From assembly GCA_963631395.1 (NCBI GenBank), contig CAVGQN010000007.1, positions 165-64,164 on the forward strand: a DNA stretch of 64,000 bases, written 5' to 3'. The position numbers and the translations under genes were made by a program. Source of the stretch: a bacterium. GTDB taxonomy: Bacteria; Bacteroidota; Bacteroidia; Bacteroidales; UBA3663. The notes beneath the pieces are model-generated. The model saw nothing but the letters and a program-made list of their open reading frames with translations. It did no database searches and was not told where the DNA came from. Below are positions 7,512 to 17,688 of the stretch, piece by piece (position 1 is the stretch's first letter; each line of letters begins with the position of its first letter).

Positions 7512-8466
7512 CAGCGTTTTCGGACATGGAGAGCATCTCCTCATACTGCTCGGGGGTCAAATCGAGGTAGTAATAGTTGGCGGGATTCTGAGGAACGTCC
7601 TTTAAGCGAACCTCATAATGCAGGTGCGGCCCGGTAGCCACGCCCGACGAACCAACTTCGCCTATCTTGTCGCCACGCCTGACTGACTGCCCGGCGTTGA
7701 CGTATTTCTTAGACAGATGTGCATACCGTGTCGTGTAGCCATACCCATGGTCTATGACGATGCAAAGGCCATAGCCCTTGTCGTACCCAGCTTTTGACAC
7801 CCGGCCATCGCCCGTAGCAAAGACCTCGGTGCCTTTCTCGGCCGAGAAGTCCATACCCTCATGAAGTTTGAGTATACGGTACACGGGGTGCATGCGGTAG
7901 CCATAGCCTGATGCCATATACTTCAGATTCTTGTCCGCCACCGGTTGGATGGCAGGTATGTGACGCAGACGGTCGGCCTGGTCCCGGCACAACGTCACCA
8001 GTTCGTCAAACGACTTGGACTGCAAGTGCAATTGCTGCTCGACCAAATCCATCTTGCGGGCTACGCCAATCACCAAGTCAGCATCGCTCAACATGCGCAA
8101 GGTGTCGTAGCGCTGACTATTCTGCAACAGCTGCTTGCGCATCTCCGACCCAATCGGATCGCCCTGCAACAATATCCTGTACATATTGTCATCGCGTTGG
8201 CCGATATCCTCGAGCACTTCCATCGCCGCATCAAGACGGGCTTCGAGCATTTGGTATTCTTGCTTCAGCACCTCATGCTCTTTCTCCAGACGCCATTGCG
8301 ACGGCGAACCTATCCAGAAGAAGAAGGCATAAAGGATAAGCGCTCCGATAATCGTACCCGACAGCAGATGCCTGATGACCGCATACAAGTGCCGCCACCT
8401 GGAGGGTACGCTGCGTTCGTAACGTCCCTTCTTCGGGTTGTATTTGAAGTGTATCCAATGTGCCAT
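7495..8466 (-). CDS. M23 family metallopeptidase (peptidoglycan DD-endopeptidase type)
   Basis: Track ORF of 323 aa. An N-terminal TM segment and coiled coil are followed by an M23 core (HEGMDF...GYGLCIVIDHGYGYTTRYAHL...GPHLHYEV). Confidence 0.88.
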   Translation of the reverse strand: MAHWIHFKYNPKKGRYERSVPSRWRHLYAVIRHLLSGTIIGALILYAFFFWIGSPSQWRLEKEHEVLKQEYQMLEARLDAAMEVLEDIGQRDDNMYRILLQGDPIGSEMRKQLLQNSQRYDTLRMLSDADLVIGVARKMDLVEQQLHLQSKSFDELVTLCRDQADRLRHIPAIQPVADKNLKYMASGYGYRMHPVYRILKLHEGMDFSAEKGTEVFATGDGRVSKAGYDKGYGLCIVIDHGYGYTTRYAHLSKKYVNAGQSVRRGDKIGEVGSSGVATGPHLHYEVRLKDVPQNPANYYYLDLTPEQYEEMLSMSENAGQSMD

Positions 8467-8735
8467 CTTATCTTAGCTTGCAGCCTTTCTTTCGTTTAAA
8501 TCCCTTGTTCCCCAGACCTTCGGCCTTTACCCTAAGCGCTTTGACCGTCAGCCTTCCCTTGGCTTTTTGCGTCACCTGCGCCTTCGGCCATTACCTTAAG
8601 GGCTTTGGCCTAATAGCTTTGACCATCAGCCTCACTTGGCTTCTCGTGTCGCCAACACCTTCGGTCTTTATCCTAAGCACTTTGACCTAATGGCTTTAAT
8701 CATCAGCTTTCCTTGGCATCTAGTATCGCCGGCAC
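8467..8735. repeat. Tandem repeat of 64-77-nt units (about 3.5 copies) between the tRNA-Pro(GGG) terminator and the M23 start
   Basis: Each unit starts with CCTTCGG: 8517-8580 (64 nt), 8581-8657 (77 nt) and 8658-8735 (about 77 nt). A decayed partial unit occupies 8467-8516. Shared sub-words are CTAAGSRCTTTGRCC and CATCAGCYT. Confidence 0.8.
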
Positions 8736-8906
8736 CCGCTTCAGAGTGGAAAAGAAGAGACAATATGCGGCAAATATGGATATTTTTGACGACATTCCCA
8801 AATTTTTGGGCATATTTCAGTCAGCAGCTCCTTAAAAATTATATTTTTGCCATACAGGACACAATATCCCGACAGCACAAATCGTGTTGCAAAGTCGTTT
8901 ATCCAC

Positions 8907-8943
8907 ACAAAAAAATCGGCTACCTTTTGCAAGATAACCGATT
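8907..8943 (-). terminator. Intrinsic terminator after tRNA-Pro(GGG)
   Basis: On the - strand the stem is AAUCGGUUA / UAGCCGAUU (9 bp including one G-U pair) with a 12-nt loop, followed by a run of U residues (UUUUU after the stem, contiguous with the stem's terminal UU). It starts 4 nt after the tRNA 3' end. Confidence 0.6.
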
Positions 8944-8946
8944 CTG

Positions 8947-9020
8947 TCGGGATGAGGCGACTCGAACGCCCGACCTCGCGCCCCCCAGACGTGTACTCTA
9001 ACCAACTGAGCTACATCCCG
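8947..9020 (-). tRNA. tRNA-Pro (anticodon GGG)
   Basis: Manual cloverleaf. Acceptor stem is CGGGAUG/CAUCCCG. D arm is GCUC-AGUUGGUUA-GAGU. Anticodon loop is CUGGGGG. T arm is GGGCG-UUCGAGU-CGCCU. Discriminator is A and CCA is not encoded. There is one A-C mismatch in the anticodon stem. Confidence 0.85.
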
Positions 9021-9106
9021 AACGAGGTGATTCTGATTCTATTGAGTTCGCAAGCGTCTTTAACCTTTCGGCCAACCGCCTACTCTTCAATCCTCAAAAC
9101 CGAGCG

Positions 9107-9138
9107 CAAAGGTACGCTATTTTTTCAGAAGAAACAAA
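9107..9138 (-). promoter_or_regulatory. Bacteroidetes-type promoter (-33 TTTG / -7 TACCTTTG) for tRNA-Pro(GGG)
   Basis: On the - strand TTTG lies at 9138-9135, followed by a 20-nt spacer and TACCTTTG at 9114-9107. This implies a precursor leader of roughly 80 nt. Confidence 0.5.
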
Positions 9139-9188
9139 TTTTTTGCGACTTTTTTTGCTTTTTGACGTCATATATCCGTTTTTTGCGA

Positions 9189-10412
9189 CTACTGGACGCC
9201 AAACATACGGCATACTCGCTCAATACCTTCCACTAAACGGTCTACTTCTTGCTCTGTGTTGTAGAACGAGAAGGAAGCCCTCACCGTACCTTCTATGCCC
9301 AAAGACGTCATCAATGGCTGGGCACAATGGTGACCCGTCCGGACTGCTATACCCATCTTGTCAAGCAAAAGGCCCATGTCGTAATGATGTATTCCGCGCA
9401 CAAGGAAACTTAAGACGGCACTTTTGTCAGTGGCATTACCGTAAATCTGCATTCCTGGAATCCGGGAAAAGCGTTCTGTTGCGTAGTCCAACAGGCTGTG
9501 CTCGTAGTCGGCAATGTTGTCCATCCCGATTGCGTCGACATAATCAAGGGCGGTTGCCAAAGCAACCGTTCCAACAAAGTCGGGTGTGCCGGCCTCGAAC
9601 TTATAGGGCAACTCATTGAACGTTGTCTTCTCAAACGAAACGGACTGTATCATCTCTCCGCCCCCCTGATAGGGCGGCATCTGTTCGAGCCACTTCCGTT
9701 TGCCATACAAAACTCCGACGCCTGTAGGCCCGTAAATCTTGTGCCCAGAGAAGACGAAGAAGTCAGCATCAAGCGACTGTACATCTATCTTCAAGTGCGG
9801 AACGGACTGTGCACCATCGACCAGAACGGGCACGCCATGACTGTGTGCAATGTCGATTATCTCTTTTATCGGATTGACCGTGCCAAGCACATTGCTGACG
9901 TGAGTGATGCTGACCAGTTTCGTACGGTCTGTGAAAAGACTGCGGTAATTGTCCATGTCCAGTTCCTGCCTATCATTGAGACCGACCACCTTGAGCACAA
10001 TATGATGACGGCGCTGAAGTAACTGCCAGGAGACAATATTGGAGTGATGCTCCATACCGGACACAATAACTTCGTCACCATCCTGCAGGAAAGCATCGCC
10101 GAACGAAGAAGCGACCAAATTGATAGACTCTGTCGTACCACGCGTGAAGACTATCTCGTCGGAAGAGGCAGCATTGATAAACGTCTGCACCCGCCGGCGT
10201 GCCGATTCATGCAGGTCTGTAGCATCCTGACTTAAGAAATGAACCCCGCGGTGCACATTCGCATTGTGATGAAGATATCCTTCTGTAAGCCGGTCCACTA
10301 CACACTGTGGCTTTTGCGTCGTAGCTCCATTGTCTAGATAAACCAACGGCTTGCCATAGACTTGTGTAGACAGAATCGGGAAATCCTTGCGGATGGCTAA
10401 AACATCTAGCAT
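9189..10412 (-). CDS. sufS: Cysteine desulfurase, SufS/CsdA subfamily (class V aminotransferase)
   Basis: Track ORF of 407 aa. FPIL...VYLDNGATTQKP, HHNANVHRGVH, FSGHKIYGPTG and RTGHHCAQP are SufS-type motifs. Confidence 0.88.
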   Translation of the reverse strand: MLDVLAIRKDFPILSTQVYGKPLVYLDNGATTQKPQCVVDRLTEGYLHHNANVHRGVHFLSQDATDLHESARRRVQTFINAASSDEIVFTRGTTESINLVASSFGDAFLQDGDEVIVSGMEHHSNIVSWQLLQRRHHIVLKVVGLNDRQELDMDNYRSLFTDRTKLVSITHVSNVLGTVNPIKEIIDIAHSHGVPVLVDGAQSVPHLKIDVQSLDADFFVFSGHKIYGPTGVGVLYGKRKWLEQMPPYQGGGEMIQSVSFEKTTFNELPYKFEAGTPDFVGTVALATALDYVDAIGMDNIADYEHSLLDYATERFSRIPGMQIYGNATDKSAVLSFLVRGIHHYDMGLLLDKMGIAVRTGHHCAQPLMTSLGIEGTVRASFSFYNTEQEVDRLVEGIERVCRMFGVQ

Positions 10413-10440
10413 GCTTATAGAGTATTAATAGGTCTTTAAT

Positions 10441-10473
10441 TAAGAAAAGCCCATACGCAAAGTACGGGCTTTA
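10441..10473 (-). terminator. Intrinsic terminator ending the ribosomal supercluster (after rplQ)
   Basis: Hairpin GCCCGUAC-UUUGC-GUAUGGGC with one mismatch, followed by UUUUCUU on the - strand. The + strand also carries a T-run, so it may work in both directions. Confidence 0.6.
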
Positions 10474-10496
10474 TAAAATATTCCTTATGCTATTGA

Positions 10497-11012
10497 TTAT
10501 TCAGCAGCAGGAGTCTCAGCAACAGGTTCGGTAGGAGCCTCAGCTACAGCCTCTGGCTTTGTCTCTGTAGCGGCCTCAGCAGCGGGAGCATCAGCAGACT
10601 TCTTGGCACGTGAACGACGTGTCTTTGTCTTCTTCTCCTCCTTAGCCATGTTGTCGTTGTAGTCGACAAACTCTACCATTGCAGTAGAGGCATTGTCACC
10701 CAAACGGCTGCCGAGTTTCAAGATGCGGAGATAACCGCCTGGACGGGTAGCAATCTTCTCGGCGATTTCACCGAACAGAATCTTGACTGCCTCCTTATCC
10801 TGAAGTTTGGCGAAGACGAGACGGCGATTGTTGGTCGAATCCTCCTTTGCACGGTTGATGATAGGCTCAGCATAAATGCGGAGAGCCTTGGCCTTGGCTA
10901 CAGTAGTAGTGATACGCTTGTATGTAATCAACGATACCGTCATGTTCGAAAGGAGAGCCTTCCTATGCGAACTGGTGCGTCCAAGGTGATTGAATTTCTT
11001 ATTGTGTCTCAT
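10497..11012 (-). CDS. rplQ: 50S ribosomal protein L17 with an Ala/Glu/Pro-rich C-terminal tail
   Basis: Track [27 protein letters not shown]. Sits at the end of the alpha operon. Confidence 0.96.
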   Translation of the reverse strand: MRHNKKFNHLGRTSSHRKALLSNMTVSLITYKRITTTVAKAKALRIYAEPIINRAKEDSTNNRRLVFAKLQDKEAVKILFGEIAEKIATRPGGYLRILKLGSRLGDNASTAMVEFVDYNDNMAKEEKKTKTRRSRAKKSADAPAAEAATETKPEAVAEAPTEPVAETPAAE

Positions 11013-11020
11013 TGTTGTAA

Positions 11021-12013
11021 TTAATCTTTATCAAGTTTATACTTCGATATATCCATGCCGAAGTGGAGATTCAAGCTCTGAAGAAGTTCTTCCAACTCAG
11101 TAAGAGACTTCTTACCGAAGTTGCGGAACTTCAGGAGATCGGTCTTGTTGAATACAACCAAATTGCCAAGGGTCTCGACTTCTGCACTCTTCAAGCAGTT
11201 GAGAGCGCGAACCGAAAGATCCATATCGGTAAGCTTGGTCTTGAGTAACTGACGCATATGAAGTACCTCCTCATCAAACACTTCATTCGACTCAGAGTCG
11301 TTAGACTCGAGAGTAATCTTCTCGTCGGAGAAGAGCATGAAGTGATAAATCAGAATCTTGGCAGCCTCACGCAAAGCGTCTTTTGGATGAATCGAACCAT
11401 CAGTGTCTACTTCAATCACCAATTTCTCATAGTCAGTCTTCTGCTCGACACGGAAGTTCTCAACAGTATACTTGACGTTGCGGATTGGAGTGAAAATAGA
11501 ATCGATAGGTATAACAGTCACTTCTGCATTCGGAACCCGATTCTCTTCAGCCTGAACATATCCACGACCCTTATTGATAGTCAGCGTAATCTCGAAACTT
11601 GCACTATTGTCCATATGGCAGATAACCAAATCAGGATTAAGCACATCGAAAGAGCTCATACCAAGACGGAAATCGCCGGCCTTAAGCACTTCTTGATTCT
11701 TGACTGAAATCTTAACGGTCTCGTTTTCTGTGCCTTCGACGATCTGCTTCAAACGAACCTGCTTGAGGTTAAGGATGATGTTCGTGACATCCTCGATAAC
11801 GCCTGGGATGGTTGCAAACTCGTGCTCAACACCACTGATTTTGACAGAAGTGAATGCAAAACCTTCGAGTGAAGAAATCAATATACGGCGTAAAGCATTA
11901 CCGACTGTAATGCCGTAGCCTGGTTCCAGAGGTCGGAATTCAAACTTTCCAGAGAACTGGTCAGCTTCCAACATGATAACCTTTTCGGGTCTTTGAAATG
12001 CTAATATCGCCAT
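11021..12013 (-). CDS. rpoA: DNA-directed RNA polymerase subunit alpha
   Basis: Track ORF of 330 aa with conserved N- and C-terminal domains, flanked by rpsD and rplQ. Confidence 0.97.
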   Translation of the reverse strand: MAILAFQRPEKVIMLEADQFSGKFEFRPLEPGYGITVGNALRRILISSLEGFAFTSVKISGVEHEFATIPGVIEDVTNIILNLKQVRLKQIVEGTENETVKISVKNQEVLKAGDFRLGMSSFDVLNPDLVICHMDNSASFEITLTINKGRGYVQAEENRVPNAEVTVIPIDSIFTPIRNVKYTVENFRVEQKTDYEKLVIEVDTDGSIHPKDALREAAKILIYHFMLFSDEKITLESNDSESNEVFDEEVLHMRQLLKTKLTDMDLSVRALNCLKSAEVETLGNLVVFNKTDLLKFRNFGKKSLTELEELLQSLNLHFGMDISKYKLDKD

Positions 12014-12023
12014 GGACTAACTA

Positions 12024-12629
12024 TTATTTAGAGTACAATTCGACAATGAGCTGTTCCTGAATGTTCTCAGGAATATCTGCACGGTCTGGAGTGTGAAGGT
12101 ATTTGCCTGTGAGGGTGTTCTGATCCCACTCAAGCCAAGGATACTTGCTGTGCTGGAATCCTGACAGAGAATTCTCAATCACCTCAAGTGACTTGCTGCG
12201 CTCACGAACACCGACAATCTGGCCGGGCTTCACCGAATATGATGCGATGTTTACAACCTTACCGTCTACAACGATATGCTTGTGCAGGACAAGCTGACGG
12301 GCAGCTGCACGTGTAGGTGCAATGCCAAAACGGTAAACGAGATTGTCAAGGCGGCTCTCCAAAAGCTGAAGAAGTACCTCACCGGTAATGCCCTTCGTAC
12401 GCTCAGCCTTCTCAAACATACGACGGAACTGTGCTTCAAGCACGCCGTAGGTATATTTAGCCTTCTGCTTCTCGCGAAGCTGTGTTCCATACTCGGACAA
12501 TTTCTTACGACGATTGAGACCGTGCTGACCAGGAGCATAGTTCTTCTTGGAAAGAACCTTGTCCGGTCCATAGATAGCCTCACCTAATTTGCGGGCAATG
12601 CGGGTTCTAGGTCCAGTATATCTTGCCAT
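12024..12629 (-). CDS. rpsD: 30S ribosomal protein S4
   Basis: Track ORF of 201 aa. [17 protein letters not shown]. Confidence 0.97.
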   Translation of the reverse strand: MARYTGPRTRIARKLGEAIYGPDKVLSKKNYAPGQHGLNRRKKLSEYGTQLREKQKAKYTYGVLEAQFRRMFEKAERTKGITGEVLLQLLESRLDNLVYRFGIAPTRAAARQLVLHKHIVVDGKVVNIASYSVKPGQIVGVRERSKSLEVIENSLSGFQHSKYPWLEWDQNTLTGKYLHTPDRADIPENIQEQLIVELYSK

Positions 12630-12707
12630 AGTTTCTTACAATTAAAAAATTAAATTAAAACCAACTTCCAAAGTTAGATAAAAAACTGTACAAAATCTGT
12701 AAAGACA

Positions 12708-13097
12708 TTATACACGACGACGCTTTGGAGGGCGGCATCCATTGTGTGGAAGCGGTGTTACGTCGATGATTTCAGTTACCTCGATACCGGCACCATGCAC
12801 GGTACGGATAGCTGACTCACGGCCATTACCTGGACCTTTGACATAAGCCTTCACTTTACGAAGACCGAGATCGTAGGCGATTTTCGCGCAATCCTGAGCT
12901 GCCATCTGAGCAGCATAAGGAGTATTTTTCTTCGAACCTCTGAAGCCCATCTTACCAGCAGACGACCATGAAATCACCTGTCCCTCGCTATTCGCAAGCG
13001 AAACAATAACATTGTTGAAAGATGAATGTACATGGAGCTGACCATTAGCATCAACTTTGACGTTACGCTTTTTAGCTGCAACTGTTTTCTTTGCCAT
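12708..13097 (-). CDS. rpsK: 30S ribosomal protein S11
   Basis: The track ORF begins at a TTG (13103). The ATG at 13097 gives the canonical [15 protein letters not shown] start. Confidence 0.95.
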   Translation of the reverse strand: MAKKTVAAKKRNVKVDANGQLHVHSSFNNVIVSLANSEGQVISWSSAGKMGFRGSKKNTPYAAQMAAQDCAKIAYDLGLRKVKAYVKGPGNGRESAIRTVHGAGIEVTEIIDVTPLPHNGCRPPKRRRV

Positions 13098-13112
13098 AAT
13101 CAATCAGTTTAA

Positions 13113-13493
13113 TTACTTAGTAGCCTTCTTCTTGTTAGCAACAGTCTTCTTCTTACCCTTACGTGTACGAGCATTGTTCTTAGTGCTCTGTCCACGGCAA
13201 GGAAGACCAAGACGGTGACGGATACCACGGTAACAACCGATATCCATGAGACGCTTGATGTTCAGTTGAACTTCAGAACGAAGATCGCCCTCTACCTTGT
13301 AGTTGGCACCGATATACTCACGAATAGCGGCGGCCTGTTCATCAGTCCAATCTTTTACCTTGATGTCTTTATCGACACCAGCATTCGTTAAAATGGTATT
13401 TGCGGCACTACGACCGATACCATAAATGTAAGTCAACGCGATTTCTCCACGCTTGTTCTGCGGGAGATCCACGCCTACAATTCTAACTGCCAT
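13113..13493 (-). CDS. rpsM: 30S ribosomal protein S13
   Basis: Track ORF of 126 aa. [27 protein letters not shown]. Confidence 0.97.
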   Translation of the reverse strand: MAVRIVGVDLPQNKRGEIALTYIYGIGRSAANTILTNAGVDKDIKVKDWTDEQAAAIREYIGANYKVEGDLRSEVQLNIKRLMDIGCYRGIRHRLGLPCRGQSTKNNARTRKGKKKTVANKKKATK

Positions 13494-13548
13494 ATTACTA
13501 TATTAATAATGTGTTTTTTGCGAAAAATGCTTGCAAATATAAGAAATA

Positions 13549-13665
13549 TTATCCTTGACGCAGTTTAAACTTAGGATTTTTCTTATTAATTACATACAAA
13601 ACGCCGTGGCGACGGACGATTTTGCAATCCGGAGTGCGCTTTTTAAGCGAAGCTTTAACTTTCAT
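13549..13665 (-). CDS. rpmJ: 50S ribosomal protein L36
   Basis: Too short for the track. Manual translation gives [38 protein letters not shown] (38 aa), located between infA and rpsM. Confidence 0.93.
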   Translation of the reverse strand: MKVKASLKKRTPDCKIVRRHGVLYVINKKNPKFKLRQG

Positions 13666-13680
13666 ATCGTTGTAAGTTTT

Positions 13681-13899
13681 TTATTTGTATCGGAATGATA
13701 TTCTGCCCTTCGACAGATCGTATGGAGACATCTCGACTCTCACCTTATCTCCAGGAAGAATCTTGATATAATGCATTCGCATCTTACCGGAGATATGAGC
13801 AGTAATCTCGTGCCCGTTTTCAAGTTCTACGCGAAACATCGCATTGGACAATGCCTCGACGATTGTTCCATCTTGTTCTATTGCTGCCTGTTTTGCCAT
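13681..13899 (-). CDS. infA: Translation initiation factor IF-1
   Basis: Track ORF of 72 aa. [41 protein letters not shown]. Confidence 0.97.
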   Translation of the reverse strand: MAKQAAIEQDGTIVEALSNAMFRVELENGHEITAHISGKMRMHYIKILPGDKVRVEMSPYDLSKGRISFRYK

Positions 13900-13915
13900 A
13901 TAATTGTTATGGAAT

Positions 13916-14698
13916 TTAGATAAATCTGTCGCCTAACACATCTTTGATATACTCAAAGCTGGAAAGTATCTCAGTCCGGTCTTCACGAATGGCAACGCAA
14001 TGCTCATAGTGGGCCGACCAAGAATGGTCTCGCGTTCTAATCGTCCAACCGTTACGGTCGATGGTAACATTCTTGGAACCGATGTTAATCATTGGCTCGA
14101 TGCAGATGCACATACCCGGTCGTAACAAAGGACCAACACCACGACGTCCGTAATTCGGGACATCAGGATCTTCATGAAGCTTCCTGCCTATTCCGTGACC
14201 AGTCAGTTCGCGAACTACAGAATAACCATGATGCTCACAATAATCCTGCACTGCATTACCGATATGGCCTACACGATTACCCGACTTTGCTTGTTCTATG
14301 CCGAGCATTAGAGACTCTTTGGTAGTCTTGAGCAGCTTCAGAACTTTCTCTTCGACCTCTCCTACCATAAAGGTATAGCAACTATCACCATTGAAACCAT
14401 TCAACACAGCTCCACAATCGCAGCCTACTATATCTCCTTCTTTCAAGACATAATCAGACGGGAATCCGTGCACGACTTCGTCATTGACTTCGATACACAA
14501 AGTACCCGGAAAACCTTCATATCCCTTAAAACCGGGAATCCCTCCATGGTCTCTAATAAACTGCTCTGCAATCTCATCAAGACGTCGGGTAGTAATGCCT
14601 GGTTGAACCCACTTGGCGACTTCGCCAAGCGTTTGTCCAACCAGGTCGTTAGCTTGACGCATCAATTCGATTTCCTCGTCAGTCTTCAGAAATATCAT
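13916..14698 (-). CDS. map: Type I methionine aminopeptidase
   Basis: Track ORF of 260 aa with metal-ligand motifs ([16 protein letters not shown]). Confidence 0.95.
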   Translation of the reverse strand: MIFLKTDEEIELMRQANDLVGQTLGEVAKWVQPGITTRRLDEIAEQFIRDHGGIPGFKGYEGFPGTLCIEVNDEVVHGFPSDYVLKEGDIVGCDCGAVLNGFNGDSCYTFMVGEVEEKVLKLLKTTKESLMLGIEQAKSGNRVGHIGNAVQDYCEHHGYSVVRELTGHGIGRKLHEDPDVPNYGRRGVGPLLRPGMCICIEPMINIGSKNVTIDRNGWTIRTRDHSWSAHYEHCVAIREDRTEILSSFEYIKDVLGDRFI

Positions 14699-14708
14699 TT
14701 CCTAAAAA

Positions 14709-16049
14709 TCAATATGCGGCAACAGAACCTGAACGGCCCTTGATTCTTCCATTCTTCATAAGTCCATCATAATGGTGCATCATCAGATGAGATTCAATCT
14801 GTTGAAGCGTATCCAATACGACGCCTACCAAAATCAGAAGAGAAGTACCACCGAAGAACTGTGAAAACGATGTGCTAATACCGAACAATTGTGCGATGCA
14901 CGGCAAGATAGCAACTATGGCAAGGAAAATAGAACCCGGAAGGGTAATCCTTGACATAATAGAATCAAGATACTCAGCAGTCTGTTTGCCAGGCTTGATA
15001 CCAGGTATAAATCCATTCTGTGACTTCATAGCCTCTGACATCTGTACGGGATTCATAGAAATCGCAGTATAGAAGTAAGTGAAGACTATAATCAGAATAG
15101 CCAAAACAAAATTGTATGCAAAACTGTCTGGACGAGTGAATGCACTCCAGAAGCCATCGTTAGATGTGCTGTATCCGGAAAGCACCATCGGCACAAACAT
15201 GACAGCCTGAGCAAAGATGATAGGCATAACGCCGGCAGCATTCACCTTGAGAGGAATGTACTGACGGACACCGCCATACTGACGGTTGCCTCTGATTTGT
15301 TTTGCATACTGTACCGGAATCTTGCGAGTTCCCTGAACGAGCATAATGCAAATGGCAATAACGACCAAGAGGAAGAAAATTTCCAAAAGGAACATTACCA
15401 AACCACCGGCACCATTGTTACGATCCGCAAACTCAATAGAAAGAGCTTGCGGGAAACGGGCAATGATACCAATCATAATCAAGAATGAAATTCCGTTGCC
15501 AATACCCTTATCAGTGATACGCTCGCCCAACCACATGACAAACATACTGCCTGCCGTAAGTATCACAATGCTTGTGATAATGAAGAATGGACCGTAGTCA
15601 ATGATAGGAGAATTAGCACCAGCAAGAGCATACTTGGAGTTAATACTTGCAATATATGCCCAGCTTTGGAAAATCAGAATCAAGACCGTCAACTGACGCG
15701 TGTACTGATTAATTTTGTTACGACCGCTCTCACCGTCACGTGCAATCTTTTGGAAAGACGGGACTACCATGGTGAGAAGCTGGATTACAATCGAAGCCGA
15801 GATATAGGGCATAATACCCAAGGCGAAGATTGAGGCATTCGAGAAAGCACCTCCTGAAAACATGTCCAAGAGGGCCAACAAACCCTCGCCAGCAGCAGAC
15901 TTCTGACTTGCCAAAAGACCAGTGTCAATACCTGGCAAGGCAATGAAGGTACCGAGACGATATACAGCGCACAGACCGACAGTCCAAAGGATGCGTGTAC
16001 GCAGTTCTTCAATCTTCAAGATGTTTTTGAATGTCTCAAAAATTCTCAT
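14709..16049 (-). CDS. secY: Preprotein translocase subunit SecY
   Basis: Track ORF of 446 aa. Polytopic membrane protein in the conserved spc-operon position. Confidence 0.97.
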   Translation of the reverse strand: MRIFETFKNILKIEELRTRILWTVGLCAVYRLGTFIALPGIDTGLLASQKSAAGEGLLALLDMFSGGAFSNASIFALGIMPYISASIVIQLLTMVVPSFQKIARDGESGRNKINQYTRQLTVLILIFQSWAYIASINSKYALAGANSPIIDYGPFFIITSIVILTAGSMFVMWLGERITDKGIGNGISFLIMIGIIARFPQALSIEFADRNNGAGGLVMFLLEIFFLLVVIAICIMLVQGTRKIPVQYAKQIRGNRQYGGVRQYIPLKVNAAGVMPIIFAQAVMFVPMVLSGYSTSNDGFWSAFTRPDSFAYNFVLAILIIVFTYFYTAISMNPVQMSEAMKSQNGFIPGIKPGKQTAEYLDSIMSRITLPGSIFLAIVAILPCIAQLFGISTSFSQFFGGTSLLILVGVVLDTLQQIESHLMMHHYDGLMKNGRIKGRSGSVAAY

Positions 16050-16054
16050 GGGAA

Positions 16055-16525
16055 TTATGCTTTTTCTGAAGCCTGGGCTCCAATCTTAACTACAGAACCT
16101 CCGGCAGCTACAATTGCGTCTTCAGCCTTCTTAGAGAATGCATTTGCCGAAACGGTTACCGCAACTGAGATAGCGCCATTAGCCAAAACCTTAACAAGCT
16201 GTTTCTTTGAAACCAGACCAGCAGCCTTCAATTCGTCCAAACCGACAGAAGACAAAGACTTGCTTGTTGCAAGTTTGTCGATAGTTGAAAGGTTGATAGC
16301 CTTGTATTCAACACGGTTGATATTCTTGAAACCGAACTTTGGCATACGACGCTGGATAGGCATCTGACCGCCTTCGAAACCAATCTTTTTCTTGTAACCA
16401 GAACGCTGCTTGGCACCCTTGTTACCACGGGTAGAAGTACCACCCAAACCAGAACCGGCACCACGTCCAATACGCTTACGAGTCTTGACAGAACCGGGAG
16501 CTGGCTTCAAATCACTTAAGTTCAT
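16055..16525 (-). CDS. rplO: 50S ribosomal protein L15
   Basis: Track ORF of 156 aa. MNLSDLKPAPGSVKTRKRIGRG. Confidence 0.96.
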   Translation of the reverse strand: MNLSDLKPAPGSVKTRKRIGRGAGSGLGGTSTRGNKGAKQRSGYKKKIGFEGGQMPIQRRMPKFGFKNINRVEYKAINLSTIDKLATSKSLSSVGLDELKAAGLVSKKQLVKVLANGAISVAVTVSANAFSKKAEDAIVAAGGSVVKIGAQASEKA

Positions 16526-16609
16526 TTTGAGAAACTTATTTAATCATTATTATTAAGGCGGCGCCGACTTGGTTGCCCTATAGTCGCCGGCATCCACCCA
16601 GATGGTTTA

Positions 16610-16786
16610 TTAGTCGACAATTGTAACAAGGTGACGAACCTTACGGATCTGACCTCTTGTACACTCGTTATCAGGGAGTTCGCGGACAAGGCCCATACGC
16701 TTCAATCCGATAGCATCAAGAGTGAGTTTCTCTGTCTTCGAGCACTTGATACGACTGCGAATAGCTTTAACTTTGATTGTTGCCAT
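16610..16786 (-). CDS. rpmD: 50S ribosomal protein L30
   Basis: Below the track's size cutoff. Manual translation gives MATIKVKAIRSRIKCSKTEKLTLDAIGLKRMGLVRELPDNECTRGQIRKVRHLVTIVD* (58 aa). Confidence 0.92.
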   Translation of the reverse strand: MATIKVKAIRSRIKCSKTEKLTLDAIGLKRMGLVRELPDNECTRGQIRKVRHLVTIVD

Positions 16787-16798
16787 AGTAAGAAACTT

Positions 16799-17317
16799 TT
16801 AACCTTTGAATACTACTTCAAGTGAAACGCCTCTACTCTCTGCAACCTGCTTGGCGTCACGAAGCTCCATAAGAGCTGCGAGTGTAGCCTTAACAAGGTT
16901 GTGAGGGTTAGAAGAACCCTTGGACTTAGCCAAAACGTCCTTGATACCTGCACTCTCAAGGACAGCACGCATAGCGCCACCTGCTATAAGACCAGTACCG
17001 GCAGAAGCAGGAATCAGAACAACGCGTGAACCACCGAACTTGGCTTCAACCTCGTGAGGAATAGTTCCCTTATGAGTAGTAATCTTAACCAAATTCTTCT
17101 TGGCAGACTCGACACCCTTAGAAATGGCAGCCTGAACTTCACCAGCCTTACCGTGACCAAGACCAACGATACCATTACCGTCACCTACTACAACAATAGC
17201 AGCGAAGGAGAATGTACGGCCACCCTTAGTAACCTTAGTAACTCGGTTGATAGCAACTAGACGGTCTTTCAGTTCGTCTACATTGACATTCTTTACTTTA
17301 TTATTCATAACAGCCAT
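16799..17317 (-). CDS. rpsE: 30S ribosomal protein S5
   Basis: Track ORF of 172 aa. [25 protein letters not shown]. Confidence 0.97.
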   Translation of the reverse strand: MAVMNNKVKNVNVDELKDRLVAINRVTKVTKGGRTFSFAAIVVVGDGNGIVGLGHGKAGEVQAAISKGVESAKKNLVKITTHKGTIPHEVEAKFGGSRVVLIPASAGTGLIAGGAMRAVLESAGIKDVLAKSKGSSNPHNLVKATLAALMELRDAKQVAESRGVSLEVVFKG

Positions 17318-17322
17318 TCAAT

Positions 17323-17664
17323 TTAAAATTTGAGACCACCGTTGCGAGCGCCATCGGCAAGAGCCTTTACGCGGCCATGGAACAAATAACCATTGCGGTC
17401 AAAAACAGCCTCTGTAATGCCAGCCTCGAGACACTTCTTGGCGATTGCTTCACCAACCTTGGTGGCAATCTCCGTCTTTGTGCCCTCTGTGATGCCCTTT
17501 GAAGAAGCCGAAACCAATGTCTTGCCTTCAAGGTCATTGACAGCCTGTACATAAATGGCCTTGTTGCTGCGGAACACGCTGAGACGCGGTCTTGAAGCAG
17601 TACCATTTACATGTTTGCGAATGCGGTGCTTAATCTTAATTCTTCTTTCTTTCTTAGTAATCAT
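17323..17664 (-). CDS. rplR: 50S ribosomal protein L18
   Basis: Track ORF of 113 aa in the spc-operon position. Confidence 0.96.
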   Translation of the reverse strand: MITKKERRIKIKHRIRKHVNGTASRPRLSVFRSNKAIYVQAVNDLEGKTLVSASSKGITEGTKTEIATKVGEAIAKKCLEAGITEAVFDRNGYLFHGRVKALADGARNGGLKF

Positions 17665-17688
17665 AATCGTCCGATTTTAAAAGGTTAA

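Noticed and set aside
6889-8735. Whether the tandem repeat arrays could be CRISPR arrays
   Set aside because: The units are contiguous and degenerate with no unique spacers between them. Unit lengths are variable. No cas genes or leader-like arrangement are present.
8636-9236. Track ORFs 8636-9001, 8741-8932 and 8847-9236, which overlap tRNA-Pro(GGG) and its terminator
   Set aside because: They run across a tRNA gene, a terminator hairpin and repeat DNA, and they have no conserved features.
10497-10640. Ala/Glu/Pro/Thr-rich C-terminal tail of L17, considered as a possible gene fusion or repeat expansion
   Set aside because: The tail is in frame and continuous with a normal L17. Low-complexity tails on r-proteins occur elsewhere in this same operon (for example S3). 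There is no evidence of a separate function.
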